In this document: in pieces, positions 33,540 to 43,229 of the stretch
Position numbering within the stretch: the stretch's first letter is position 1
Layout of the letters: each line of letters starts with the position of its first letter
From: Candidatus Saccharimonadales bacterium
Lineage (GTDB): Bacteria; Patescibacteriota; Saccharimonadia; Saccharimonadales; UBA10212
Length of the DNA: 56,388 nucleotides
NCBI GenBank assembly: GCA_040879175.1
Contig: JBBDKW010000018.1
Coordinates: 1-56,388 of the forward strand
Reading direction: 5' to 3'
Translations under genes and position numbers: made by a program
The notes under the pieces: generated by a model
Database searches by the model: none
Seen by the model: the letters and a program-made list of their open reading frames with translations, nothing else
What the model was told of the DNA's origin: nothing

Positions 33540-36500
33540 CTAAGAGGCAACTTCTTGGTCTTCTTGTAGGCCCGAACGGGCTCCGGTGCCGACAGGTATC
33601 AATCGACCCAGGATAACGTTCTCTTTAAGGCCATATAGATGATCAACCCGTCCACTGGTAGCCGCCGAGATTAGAACCCTTGTTGTGTCCTGGAATGACG
33701 CCGCCGACAAGAAGGATTCGGTGCTCAGAGAAGCTTTGGTAATTCCAAGCAACAGCTGGGTGTATTTAGCCGGACTTTTTTTAGTCTTTATCAACTCGCC
33801 ATTGACCTCGTCCACCGACCATTTGCTTACAACGTCACCGGTGATGAATTTGCTGTCGCCGGAATCTTCGATCTGGACGCGGCTAAACATCTGGCGGATG
33901 ATAACTTCCAGGTGCTTATCGGCAATTGTCTGACCTTGACTGGCAAAGATGTAGAGCACTTCGTTCATTATGTAACGCTGAGTCTCCTCGATGCCTCGCA
34001 GGCGCATTAAATCGTGCAGGTTTATCGAACCATTGGTTAGGCGGGCGCCAGCCTCAACATAATCGCCATCAGCCACCACCAACTGCCTGAAGCTCGGTAT
34101 TTCGTAGCGCATAATGCTTTTGGCCGTCGGGGCGACCGTAATAGAAGTCTTGTCAACGCTCACTTTACCGGTAAACGGAGCGGTAATCGGCTGAGAGCCG
34201 TCATCGTTGGCAGCTATCATATCGCCAAGCTCAACTTCATCGCCATCAGCCACTTTGGCCAGCCTTTCGCCGAGCTCGAACGAAACTTTCTTCTGTTTCT
34301 TGGCGGTAACTTGGACTATGTACTGTTCGTCTTCTTCCCAGACATTGGTTATACCACTGATATCGGATAGGTAGGCCTGGCCTTTCGGGGTCCTGACCTC
34401 CAAAAGTTCTTCAACACGCGTTAAACCTTGTGTCACGTCGTCACCGGCAGTTACGGCCCCTGCGCGGTGCTTGGAATCCAGCGATAGCTGGGTACCCGGC
34501 TCGCCGATACTTTGGGCAGCAATAACGCCCACCGGATGGTCGCTGGCTACCAGCTCACCGGTGGCTAAATCAACGCCATACGATTTTCGGGTGATACCAC
34601 GAGAAGTGGTACAGCTTAACACGCTCATTACTTTGATGCTTTCGATGGACTCGTCGGCCGAGATGGCCTTAGCCGCGCTGTGAGACATTAATTCGCCGCG
34701 CTTAATGTACCTCTTAGCACTTTCAGCGGCGTATCGTCCTTCCAGCCTTTGGCCAAAATCTGTGCCTACAAATTCGGAATCGGCGCGGTACAGCGGAAAG
34801 CCGGGGTCGTCATCGTCTTCATCAACCGTGAATACATCCTGTGCAACATCCACCAGGCGGCGGGTGAGGTAGCCTGAGTCGGCGGTTCTAAGAGCAATAT
34901 CAACCAGCGACTTACGAGTTCCGCGGGTAGCCGTAAAGTACTCCAGCGGGTCGAGGCCGTATTTGTAGTTACTGCGCACTGGTAGCTCCATGGCGCGACC
35001 GGTAGCATCTGCCCGGATACCAATCATACCGACCGAGTCTTTCATCTGGCTTAAATTACCCCGGGCGCCCGATGCAATTGCTATAGACATAGTATTTTCT
35101 TCGGTAGCAAACTGCTGCGCCAACGCCTTTTCTACTGCAGCATCAACATCTGTCCAAGCCTCAATTGTCAAACGGTAGCGCTCATCATCGGTGATAAAGC
35201 CATCGTTAAACTGCCGGCTTATTTCAGACGCCTTCTTTTCGCCGACATCAACAATTTGGTCCAGATCTTTAAGATCCTGCAAGTCCTCCATGCCGATAGA
35301 TAAGCCCGAGAAGGTGGCATACTTAAAGCCGAGATCCTTTAGATCGTCGGCTATGCGGGCCGTTTCCTCCTGCCCATACCGTTGATAGGTTAAGCCCATC
35401 ACCTGGTCTAATTTCTTACTGGTCATCGGCTCGTTTTGGAATGGGAAATCTTCAGGAAAAATTTCATTAAATAGCAGGCGGCCGAGAGTCGTTTCGCGCT
35501 GCTCGTCCCGGAACGGTACCTTTACCGGTGTTTGTAGCATGATTTTGCCGGCGTCAAAAGCCATCAGGGCTTCATCAAGGCCCAAAAATGATCTTGGTGC
35601 TTGAGAGACCATTGCTTTTCGCTGATAAGTTAAGTAGTAACAGCCAAGTACGATATCCAGTCCGACATACAAAATGGGCGAACCATCAGCCGGTTTAAGC
35701 AGGTTTTTATTAGAAGCCATTATTCGGTGGGCCTCGGCTTGGGCTTCCTCAGATAGCGGCAGGTGGACAGCCATCTGGTCGCCGTCAAAGTCGGCGTTAA
35801 AGCCCTTACACACCAGTGGATGCAGCTGGATGGCCTTGCCTTCAATCAGCACCGGCTGGAAAGCCTGGATACTCAGCCGGTGCAGGCTTGGCGCACGGTT
35901 CAAAAGCACGAATTTATCTTTAATCACTTCATCGAGCGCATCCCAGACTACGCTGTCGCCGGATTCTATCATTCGGGTGGCGCTGCGGATATTGTGCGCC
36001 AGCTCTTGGTCAATCAGGCGGCCGATAACAAAGGGTTTGAACAGCTCAAGGGCCATAGTTTTAGGCAGGCCGCATTGGTACATCTTAAGTTCGGGGCCGG
36101 AGACGATGACGCTACGGCCAGAATAATCGACTCTTTTGCCGAGCAGATTCTGGCGAAAACGGCCTTGCTTGCCTCTGAGCATATCGCTTAGGCTCTTTAA
36201 GCGCCGTCTTTGGCCGGTGGCCGCTACCGCTCTACCAGAACGGGCGCTACTGTTATCAACCAGGGCATCAACTGCCTCTTGTAGCATTCGCTGCTCGTTG
36301 CGGCGAATAACCTCGGGCGCGTTAAGCTCAATCAGCTTCTTTAGCCGATTATTGCGGTTGATGACACGCCGGTATAGGTCATTGAGGTCTGATGTGGCGA
36401 ACCGCCCTCCCGTTAGCTGGACCATTGGCCGCAGGTCCGGCGGAATAACCGGTAGGACGCTCAAACACATGCTACTAGGCTTAATCCCGGCGCGGTGCAT

Positions 36501-37355
36501 GCTCTCGAGCAGCCGCAGCCGCTTCATAATTTTTTTCTTGCGTTGGCCCTTAGCCTCTTCGGCTTCTTTAGTCAAGGATTTTATAAGCTTGGGCAGGTCA
36601 ACGTCATCAAGCAGTTCCTTCAATGCACCGCCGCCCATACCAACGCTAATCGCCGACTGCAACTCAGAAGGCAAGTTGCGATAATCGGTTTCAGACAGCA
36701 AGTTTAGTTTTTCCAGAGCGCTTAGTTGGTTGCGGAATTCCTCGGCCGCGGCCGCCAAGCCTTCGAGTTCTTTTGTTTGGCCTTCAGCCAAAGCTCGTAC
36801 ATCGGCATTCTTTTTGGCGGCATCTTTCTCGTAACGCTGCTTAATTTTGGCTTCCTTGGCCTTGAAATCGGCCTCGCGGTCGGCGGCTACTTTATCTTTC
36901 TTATCTTTATCAACACTTTTGATAATGTAGCTGGCAAAGTAGGCTACCCGCTCCAAATTTTTAACCGTCATACCAAGCAGCAGGCCGATCGCTGAAGGCG
37001 TGCCGCGTAAAAACCAGATGTGGGCTACCGGTGATGCCAGATTGATATGCCCCATTCGTTCACGCCGGACGATGCTGCGGGTAACTATCTCGCCGCGCTT
37101 ATCAACAGCCATATCGCGGCTGCGGATACCCTTGTAGCGGGCATCGTGCGGGTTGATATCTTTGACCGGCCCGAAAATCCGCTCATCAAACAGGCCGTCG
37201 CGCTCCGGTTTTTGCGTCCGGTAGTTGATGGTTTCAGGTTTGGTGACTTCGCCGTAGCTCCATTCTAAAATGTCTTCCGGGCTGGCAATGGCCAGTCTTA
37301 CGGCGTCAAAGTCGCTGATGTTGGTACCTCTGCCCCTGGTGCTGTAATTGCGCAT
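33540..37355 (-). CDS. rpoC: DNA-directed RNA polymerase subunit beta-prime
   Basis: The 1271-aa ORF has the catalytic NADFDGDQMAVH motif. It lies directly downstream of rpoB. Confidence 0.98.
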   Translation of the reverse strand: MRNYSTRGRGTNISDFDAVRLAIASPEDILEWSYGEVTKPETINYRTQKPERDGLFDERIFGPVKDINPHDARYKGIRSRDMAVDKRGEIVTRSIVRRERMGHINLASPVAHIWFLRGTPSAIGLLLGMTVKNLERVAYFASYIIKSVDKDKKDKVAADREADFKAKEAKIKQRYEKDAAKKNADVRALAEGQTKELEGLAAAAEEFRNQLSALEKLNLLSETDYRNLPSELQSAISVGMGGGALKELLDDVDLPKLIKSLTKEAEEAKGQRKKKIMKRLRLLESMHRAGIKPSSMCLSVLPVIPPDLRPMVQLTGGRFATSDLNDLYRRVINRNNRLKKLIELNAPEVIRRNEQRMLQEAVDALVDNSSARSGRAVAATGQRRRLKSLSDMLRGKQGRFRQNLLGKRVDYSGRSVIVSGPELKMYQCGLPKTMALELFKPFVIGRLIDQELAHNIRSATRMIESGDSVVWDALDEVIKDKFVLLNRAPSLHRLSIQAFQPVLIEGKAIQLHPLVCKGFNADFDGDQMAVHLPLSEEAQAEAHRIMASNKNLLKPADGSPILYVGLDIVLGCYYLTYQRKAMVSQAPRSFLGLDEALMAFDAGKIMLQTPVKVPFRDEQRETTLGRLLFNEIFPEDFPFQNEPMTSKKLDQVMGLTYQRYGQEETARIADDLKDLGFKYATFSGLSIGMEDLQDLKDLDQIVDVGEKKASEISRQFNDGFITDDERYRLTIEAWTDVDAAVEKALAQQFATEENTMSIAIASGARGNLSQMKDSVGMIGIRADATGRAMELPVRSNYKYGLDPLEYFTATRGTRKSLVDIALRTADSGYLTRRLVDVAQDVFTVDEDDDDPGFPLYRADSEFVGTDFGQRLEGRYAAESAKRYIKRGELMSHSAAKAISADESIESIKVMSVLSCTTSRGITRKSYGVDLATGELVASDHPVGVIAAQSIGEPGTQLSLDSKHRAGAVTAGDDVTQGLTRVEELLEVRTPKGQAYLSDISGITNVWEEDEQYIVQVTAKKQKKVSFELGERLAKVADGDEVELGDMIAANDDGSQPITAPFTGKVSVDKTSITVAPTAKSIMRYEIPSFRQLVVADGDYVEAGARLTNGSINLHDLMRLRGIEETQRYIMNEVLYIFASQGQTIADKHLEVIIRQMFSRVQIEDSGDSKFITGDVVSKWSVDEVNGELIKTKKSPAKYTQLLLGITKASLSTESFLSAASFQDTTRVLISAATSGRVDHLYGLKENVILGRLIPVGTGARSGLQEDQEVAS

Positions 37356-37356
37356 T

Positions 37357-40300
37357 TTAGGCTTTCTCCCCAGTCAAATCGTCTTCGGTCGGAAGGCCTG
37401 CCTGTCCGGTGGGCAGGCTTATGGTGGCGTCTCCAGCCCCCACTGATGCATCAGCCAATGAAATATCATTAACGATTGACCCAGCGGCTATTTCAGATTG
37501 GTTAGCGACATCTTGAGGGGCGGCGACGGTCGGGGTGTGCTTGGCCTCGTATTTGATGTTTTCCGCCAAAATCTCTTCGGCATCGATAACCTTGCCCTTT
37601 TCCATCAGGTCGACCTTCAGACCAAGGCCCTGCAACTCTTTGACTAAAACATTGAAGCTTTCCGGCACTTTCGGCCCCTGAATCTCCGTGCCTTTGATAA
37701 TGCTCTCATAAGCCTTGGCACGGCCATAGACATCGTCAGATTTGATAGTTAGCATTTCCTGCAGCGTGTGAGCGGCGCCGTAGGCCTCAAGCGCCCAAAC
37801 TTCCATCTCGCCGAAGCGCTGGCCGCCGTTTTGGGCTTTACCACCTAGCGGTTGCTGGGTCACCATCGTGTAGGGTCCGGTGCTGCGGGCGTGGATTTTG
37901 TCGGTCACCATATGGTTGAGCTTGATAATGTACATATAGCCAACGGTTGTACGCTCGCGGAAGGGCTCGCCGGTGCGGCCATCGTAAAGCTGTTGTTTAC
38001 CATCTTCGGGCAGGGCGGCGTCTTTCAGTAGTTGTTTGATCTTAGCTATCGGCACGCCATTGAATGCCGGGCTGGCGACCCTGATGCCCAGGGCGTAAGC
38101 CGCCATTCCAAGATGGGTTTCAAACAGTTGGCCGATATTCATACGCGATGGCACGCCGAGAGGGTTAAGGATAATATCAACCGGCTTACCATCATCTGTA
38201 AATGGCATATCCTCGGCCGGCAGGATGCGGGCAATTACGCCCTTGTTTCCGTGGCGGCCACCGAGTTTGTCGCCGACCGAGATCTTCCTCATCTGGGCCA
38301 CGAATACTTGGATTTGCATTATTACTCCGGCTTTAAGTTCGTGTCCGGAAGCTCTTGAAAACACCTTTACACCGACAACCTTGCCGTGGCGGCCTGGGCT
38401 CATACGCTGCGATGTATCCCGTACTTCTTTAGCTTTTTCGCCGAATATCGCCCTTAACAATCTCTCTTCGCTAGAGAGTTCCTGCTCACCCTTGGGTGTG
38501 ATTTTGCCGACTAAAATGTCGCCTGGATGCACCTCGGCGCCAATGCGCACAATGCCGTCCTCATCCAGGTGCCGCAGGGCGTCCTCTGAGACATTGGGTA
38601 TATCGCGTGTGACTATCTCCGGGCCGAGCTTGGTTTCACGCACCTCGGTCATAAAGTCGACGATATGGATGGATGTCAGCGAGTCATCTTCCACTAATCG
38701 GCGAGAGATGATGATGGCATCCTCGAAGTTATAGCCCGACCACGGCATAAATGCCACCAGCAGATCCTTGCCAAGCGCTAGCTCCCCTCCGGCGATGCTC
38801 ATTCCTTCGATTATCGGCTGGCTGGCTTTAACCTTATCGCCGGAATCAACCGTTACGATTTGATTGATAGAGCTACCTTCATTACTGCGAACGAAATGCA
38901 CGGGATTATAGGTGACTCTCTTGCCAGTTTTATACCTGATAACGACTTCGTCAGAGGCTGCTTTGAGCACTTGGCCGTCGTCCTCGGCCAAGATCATCTG
39001 GCCGGTATTACGGGCCACTACCGATTCGAAACCCGTGCCGACGATCGGTGCTTCTGATTTAATCAGCGGCACTGCCTGGCGCTGCTGGTTGGAGCCCATC
39101 AATGAACGCAAGACGTAGTTTTTCTCAATGAAGGGAATTAATCCGGCGCTGCTACCGATGGTCTGGGAGCGGCTGGCATCCATATGGGTGACTTCGTTGG
39201 CGTCAACTTCACCGGGGTTTAGCCGTACACGGACACTAGTACGGGCCTCTGTGAAATAGCCGTTGGCATCTACCTCATTGCCGGCACCGGCAATGATGGC
39301 TTGTTCTTCTTCTGCAGCATCCAAAAAGACAATTTCATTTGTCAATTTGGCTTTGACCGGCCAGCTTTTTCGCTCTTTGACCGCCGCCAACTTTTTGGCA
39401 GCGGCAGGGGTTATGACCGCGCCGCGTTTGACAATTATGGTGCCCCGGGCGTTCTTCAAATCAGCGGCAGCGATGTGACCGGCGGCCTGCTTGGCAGTAA
39501 CGGCGTTGATGACTCTTCGGTAAGGAGTCTCGATAAAGCCGTATTCGTTAATCCGGGCGTAGCTGGCAAGGTTGAGCACCAGGCCGATGTTGGCGCCTTC
39601 GGGTGTTTCTACCGGACAGATCCGGCCGTAGTGCGTAGCGTGGGCATCGCGCACCTCAAAACCGGCTCGCTCGCGCGAAAGCCCGCCGGGACCCATCGAG
39701 CTTAGGCGACGCTTATGCGCCAGCTCTGAAAGCGGGTTGATCTGATCCATAAATTGGCTCAACTGGGATGATGCAAAGAATTCACGCACTGCCGCCACCA
39801 CCGGCCGGGCGTTAATCAGTTGTGCCGGTGTGACGGTCTCGATTTCGCTCATGCTCATCCGATCTTTGGCGTTGCGCTCCATCCGCAGCAATCCGATGCG
39901 GAATTGCCGTTGTACCAGCTCACCGACCAGCTTAACGCGGCGGTTGGCCAGCGAATCAATTTCATCAGCCGGCTCATGGGTGTTATTAAGCCTGATAATT
40001 TCGGCGATTATAGCTTTAAGGTCCTCAATTCTGACCACCCGATTTTTGGTAGTGTTAGGTACATCAAGATCTAACCGCTTATTGATTTTGTAACGGCCAA
40101 CGCGTCCGAAATCAAAGCGCTTAAAGTTATAAAGCATATTCTCAATTAGGGAACGGGCGTTGTCGACGGTTGCCAGATCGCCTGGACGCAGGCGGCGATA
40201 AACCTCAATCAAAGCTTCGTTGGAGCTGCCGGCCGGGTCTTTTTCAAATGTGGCATCAATGTAGTTAATCTCACCTTGGTCAACGTGGGTGAAGGTTTGC

Positions 40301-40923
40301 TTTATTTGCTCTCTGTTCAAACCGAGAGCCTGTAGCAGGGTGGTGACGGCAATCTTACGTTTGCGGTCAATTTTTACATAGAGGGCGCCGCCAGCTGCCG
40401 TTTCAAACTCCAGCCAAGCGCCTCGTACAGGTATTACTTTAGCGCCGTATAAATTGGTGGTGCCGTATGGATCGGCGGTAAAGAAGACGCCGGATGAGCG
40501 GATCAGCTGGCTAACAACCACCCTCTCGGCACCATTGATAACAAAGGTACCGCGGCTGGTCATCCACGGATAATCGCCAAGGTAAATTTCCTGTTCTTTA
40601 ACCTCACCAGTGACCTTGTTCGTCAGTTCAACCACAGCTTTCAGAGGCGCTTCATAACTGACGTTATTCTCTCGAGCTTCAGATTCGGTCATCTTTGGCT
40701 CTTCGAAATGATACTTCTTAAAGCTTAAACTCAGTTTTGTGCCGGTGTAGTCTTCAATCGGGCTGACTTCTTCAAGCAGTTCGCCGAGGCCTTCCTTAAT
40801 AAACCACTGGAATGAACTGCTTTGGTGCGATACCAGGTCCGGCGCATCCAAAACTTCATCAATCTTTGTAAAGTACTGCCGTGGTGATAAAACTTGACCC
40901 TTTGCTTTGGCCGTCAAAAGCAA
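37357..40923 (-). CDS. rpoB: DNA-directed RNA polymerase subunit beta
   Basis: The 1188-aa ORF contains GPGGLSRERAGFEVRD, RHGNKGV and GGQRFGEMEVWALEAYGAAHTLQE. The start is uncertain: TTG at 40923, or TTG two codons downstream with better spacing to GGGGAG. Confidence 0.97.
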   Translation of the reverse strand: MLLTAKAKGQVLSPRQYFTKIDEVLDAPDLVSHQSSSFQWFIKEGLGELLEEVSPIEDYTGTKLSLSFKKYHFEEPKMTESEARENNVSYEAPLKAVVELTNKVTGEVKEQEIYLGDYPWMTSRGTFVINGAERVVVSQLIRSSGVFFTADPYGTTNLYGAKVIPVRGAWLEFETAAGGALYVKIDRKRKIAVTTLLQALGLNREQIKQTFTHVDQGEINYIDATFEKDPAGSSNEALIEVYRRLRPGDLATVDNARSLIENMLYNFKRFDFGRVGRYKINKRLDLDVPNTTKNRVVRIEDLKAIIAEIIRLNNTHEPADEIDSLANRRVKLVGELVQRQFRIGLLRMERNAKDRMSMSEIETVTPAQLINARPVVAAVREFFASSQLSQFMDQINPLSELAHKRRLSSMGPGGLSRERAGFEVRDAHATHYGRICPVETPEGANIGLVLNLASYARINEYGFIETPYRRVINAVTAKQAAGHIAAADLKNARGTIIVKRGAVITPAAAKKLAAVKERKSWPVKAKLTNEIVFLDAAEEEQAIIAGAGNEVDANGYFTEARTSVRVRLNPGEVDANEVTHMDASRSQTIGSSAGLIPFIEKNYVLRSLMGSNQQRQAVPLIKSEAPIVGTGFESVVARNTGQMILAEDDGQVLKAASDEVVIRYKTGKRVTYNPVHFVRSNEGSSINQIVTVDSGDKVKASQPIIEGMSIAGGELALGKDLLVAFMPWSGYNFEDAIIISRRLVEDDSLTSIHIVDFMTEVRETKLGPEIVTRDIPNVSEDALRHLDEDGIVRIGAEVHPGDILVGKITPKGEQELSSEERLLRAIFGEKAKEVRDTSQRMSPGRHGKVVGVKVFSRASGHELKAGVIMQIQVFVAQMRKISVGDKLGGRHGNKGVIARILPAEDMPFTDDGKPVDIILNPLGVPSRMNIGQLFETHLGMAAYALGIRVASPAFNGVPIAKIKQLLKDAALPEDGKQQLYDGRTGEPFRERTTVGYMYIIKLNHMVTDKIHARSTGPYTMVTQQPLGGKAQNGGQRFGEMEVWALEAYGAAHTLQEMLTIKSDDVYGRAKAYESIIKGTEIQGPKVPESFNVLVKELQGLGLKVDLMEKGKVIDAEEILAENIKYEAKHTPTVAAPQDVANQSEIAAGSIVNDISLADASVGAGDATISLPTGQAGLPTEDDLTGEKA

Positions 40924-41070
40924 TGCTCCCCTTAATCTAGATAGTTATAACTTTAGTACTTATAGTTTGAGCGAAGCCCACTACGTTCAATGCCTTTTTG
41001 CGGAGTCCTGAATTATGCCACCAAAATAGCACTAAAGTACTCTACTTCTTACACATTAGGGTATAGGATT

Positions 41071-41091
41071 AAGGGTCAAGGGTCAAGGGGT
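41071..41091. repeat. Tandem heptamer aagggtc x3 (third unit degenerate) in the rpoB upstream region
   Basis: The plus strand reads aagggtc aagggtc aaggggt. The minus strand reads CCCTTGA repeats, which create two TTGACC -35-like boxes. Confidence 0.7.
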
Positions 41092-41120
41092 TGGGCAAAA
41101 AAATGTTGTAGAATTGTCTA

Positions 41121-41172
41121 CCTCGCTGCAGGCGAGGAGGTCCGACGTTGTTCTTTTTACAAGGTCGGACCT
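41121..41172 (-). terminator. Two adjacent hairpins after clpP (possible terminator)
   Basis: On the minus strand, AGGTCCGAC-17 nt-GTCGGACCT is followed by CCTCGC-CTGCA-GCGAGG. A T7 run lies about 17 nt further on, which is not classical spacing. Confidence 0.3.
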
Positions 41173-41775
41173 CTATCGATGTGCGATTACCTTATCGACA
41201 AGCCCGTATTTTTGGGCCTCATCGGCAGACATCCAGTAATCACGGTCAACGTCTTTCTCGATCCTAGCAACCGGTTGGCCGGTGTTCTTGGCCATGATTT
41301 CATTTAGCAGTCTCTTGATGCGAATACCCTCCCGAAGATCAATCTCCAAGTCGGTTATTTTAGCTCGTTCGGCCGCAGCGCTTGGCTGGTGAATCATAAC
41401 TGTGGCATGTGGTAATAGTAAGCGTTTGCCCTTTGTGCCCGAGCTCAGCAGAAAAGCGGCGGCGCTGGCGTTTACACCGATTCCTACGGTCTGGATATCG
41501 CATTTAACATATTTCATTGTGTCGTAAACCGCAAAGGCATTGTAAACGCTACCGCCGGGGCTGTTTATATAAAAAATGATGTCTTTGTTGGAGTTTTCGT
41601 TCTCCAAAAACAACATTTGGGCCACAACCAAGTTAGCGGTGTGCTCGCTAATATCGTCGCCTAAGAAAACAACCCGATCTTTAAGTAACCTGCTATAGAT
41701 GTCATACGCTCGCTCGTAACGCCCTTCTTGTTCAATAACCGTCGGGACTAAAATCTGGTTAGATGGTTGACTCAT
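41173..41775 (-). CDS. clpP: ATP-dependent Clp protease proteolytic subunit
   Basis: It starts [34 protein letters not shown] and has the MIHQP His motif. I chose the ATG at 41775; the track's GTG at 41802 lies inside the CIRCE element. Confidence 0.95.
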   Translation of the reverse strand: MSQPSNQILVPTVIEQEGRYERAYDIYSRLLKDRVVFLGDDISEHTANLVVAQMLFLENENSNKDIIFYINSPGGSVYNAFAVYDTMKYVKCDIQTVGIGVNASAAAFLLSSGTKGKRLLLPHATVMIHQPSAAAERAKITDLEIDLREGIRIKRLLNEIMAKNTGQPVARIEKDVDRDYWMSADEAQKYGLVDKVIAHR

Positions 41776-41783
41776 GTAAATTA

Positions 41784-41813
41784 ATTGTAAATTAATTAGC
41801 ACTCACGAGTCAA
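41784..41813 (-). promoter_or_regulatory. Candidate clpP promoter
   Basis: Minus strand reads TTGACT (41813..41808), an 18-nt spacer, then TACAAT (41789..41784), with 8 nt to the ATG and no Shine-Dalgarno. The -10 box spans the junction of an 11-nt tandem repeat (aattaatttac x2). Confidence 0.5.
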
Positions 41814-41822
41814 GAGTGCTAA
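41796..41822. promoter_or_regulatory. CIRCE operator (HrcA binding site), perfect consensus
   Basis: TTAGCACTC (41796..41804), then acgagtcaa (9 nt), then GAGTGCTAA (41814..41822). It overlaps the tig stop and the clpP -35 box. Confidence 0.8.
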
Positions 41823-43099
41823 CGCGACGAGCGCCCTACGAGCCGCACGATGGTTTTTTCGGTTAGGAGGCGGGCTTCGATGTCGCGGCGAGCCTCTGGT
41901 TTATCAAGCTCGGCGCGCATCGCCTCGTCCTGATATTGGCCTTTCAGTAGTCTTATTCTTTCTTCAACCTCTTTAGGCGTAACCGATATATTCTCTTTCT
42001 CGGCAATCTCGCCTAAAACGATTCCGGCCTTAATACGCTCCTCTGCCCTTGGCCGCTGCCTGTCGCGGTGCTGCTGCTCGGTTATACCCTCCTCTTTTAA
42101 GTGCTCCTGCCATGTTTGCCCGCGGTAAGTTAGGTTGCGTTTTTCCTCGTCTTCCATCCGCAGGATGTCTTCTTCAACCATACCCTCGGGAATTCCAACC
42201 TTCGACTGAGCAACGATTTCGGCAATCAACCGGCTTTCATAGTCCCTGTCGAGTTGCTGCTGTCGCTCAATTTTCAGCTGTTTTTTGACGTCGGCTTTAA
42301 GCTCAGCCAGTGTTTTGAACGGCCCGACTTTAGCGGCAAAATCGTCGTCGGCCTCAGGAATTACCAGCTCATTGACTTTTTTAACCTCAACCTCGAATAC
42401 CGCATCCTTATTCTGCATAGCCGCCACCCCGTAATCAGCCGGGAATTTGGCAGTGAATTCCTTTTTCTCACCCGCCTTTGCGCCGATCAGATGCTCCTCG
42501 AACCCAGGGATAAAGCTGCCGCTTCCCAAAATCAGCGGGTAGTCTTTGGCATCCGTGCCGCTCACCGGCTTTCCGTCCCTATCTTTGCCCTTAAAATCGA
42601 CTACGGTTTCATCGCCTTTTTTAGCCGGCCGCTCAACCTCCTTGCGCTCAGCGGTACGCTGTTGCAGTGATTTAATAACCTCGCTTACATCTTTGGCGAC
42701 TATAGTGGCTGTTCTTTTACCCGACTTAATCTTTTTATAATCCGCTAGCACGACCTGTCCGACGGTTTCTGTTTCGACTTCAAACGACAAGTCGCTAAAC
42801 GGTACGAACTTCTTAAGCTGAGCCTGCGGCTGGCCGACCGGCCTTAAATTGTGATGGCGAATTGCCTGGCCGTAAAACTGGTTGAGCGCGTGCTCTATAA
42901 ACTCATCGAGCAGTAGCTTCTGGTCAACATTTTTTTCAACCATTGCCAGCGGCGCGCTGCCCGCTCTAAAGCCTGGGACTTGCACCCGGTGCCTAAAATG
43001 CGCCAGCACGTGCCGCTTGATTGGCTCCATATCAGCAGAATCGGCCGAAACGACCAATTTGATCTTGGTCGGGCTTATGTCGTTCCTCTCAACTCTCAT
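41819..43099 (-). CDS. tig: Trigger factor
   Basis: The 426-aa ORF has an N-terminal ribosome-binding region, a central FKBP-like segment (GDETVVDFKGKDRDGKPVSG...FIPGFEEHLIGAKAGE), and sits in a tig-clpP context. Confidence 0.93.
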   Translation of the reverse strand: MRVERNDISPTKIKLVVSADSADMEPIKRHVLAHFRHRVQVPGFRAGSAPLAMVEKNVDQKLLLDEFIEHALNQFYGQAIRHHNLRPVGQPQAQLKKFVPFSDLSFEVETETVGQVVLADYKKIKSGKRTATIVAKDVSEVIKSLQQRTAERKEVERPAKKGDETVVDFKGKDRDGKPVSGTDAKDYPLILGSGSFIPGFEEHLIGAKAGEKKEFTAKFPADYGVAAMQNKDAVFEVEVKKVNELVIPEADDDFAAKVGPFKTLAELKADVKKQLKIERQQQLDRDYESRLIAEIVAQSKVGIPEGMVEEDILRMEDEEKRNLTYRGQTWQEHLKEEGITEQQHRDRQRPRAEERIKAGIVLGEIAEKENISVTPKEVEERIRLLKGQYQDEAMRAELDKPEARRDIEARLLTEKTIVRLVGRSSR

Positions 43100-43229
43100 C
43101 CAAGCGATTATACACCTAGGAGCGAACTCGGTGGCGAAGAAGAATCAAGCAAGTGCAGCTCGAGTCGCTGTAGCCGACCCGGCGCGAAACGTTCTTCTGA
43201 GCTAACGGGTGAGCGATTAGCCGAGGAGT

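Noticed and set aside
41776-41802. Longer N-terminal versions offered by the ORF track: clpP from 41802, hisS from 44591, rsmD from 46152, tyrS from 50540, tuf from 26928, rpsS from 22377, the RluD-like gene from 9078, and the small ORFs from 1858 and 32600.
   Set aside because: The extra residues are not homologous to the families. They start at GTG or TTG or overlap upstream genes or operators. Internal ATGs reproduce canonical N-termini, often with a correctly spaced SD or -10 box.
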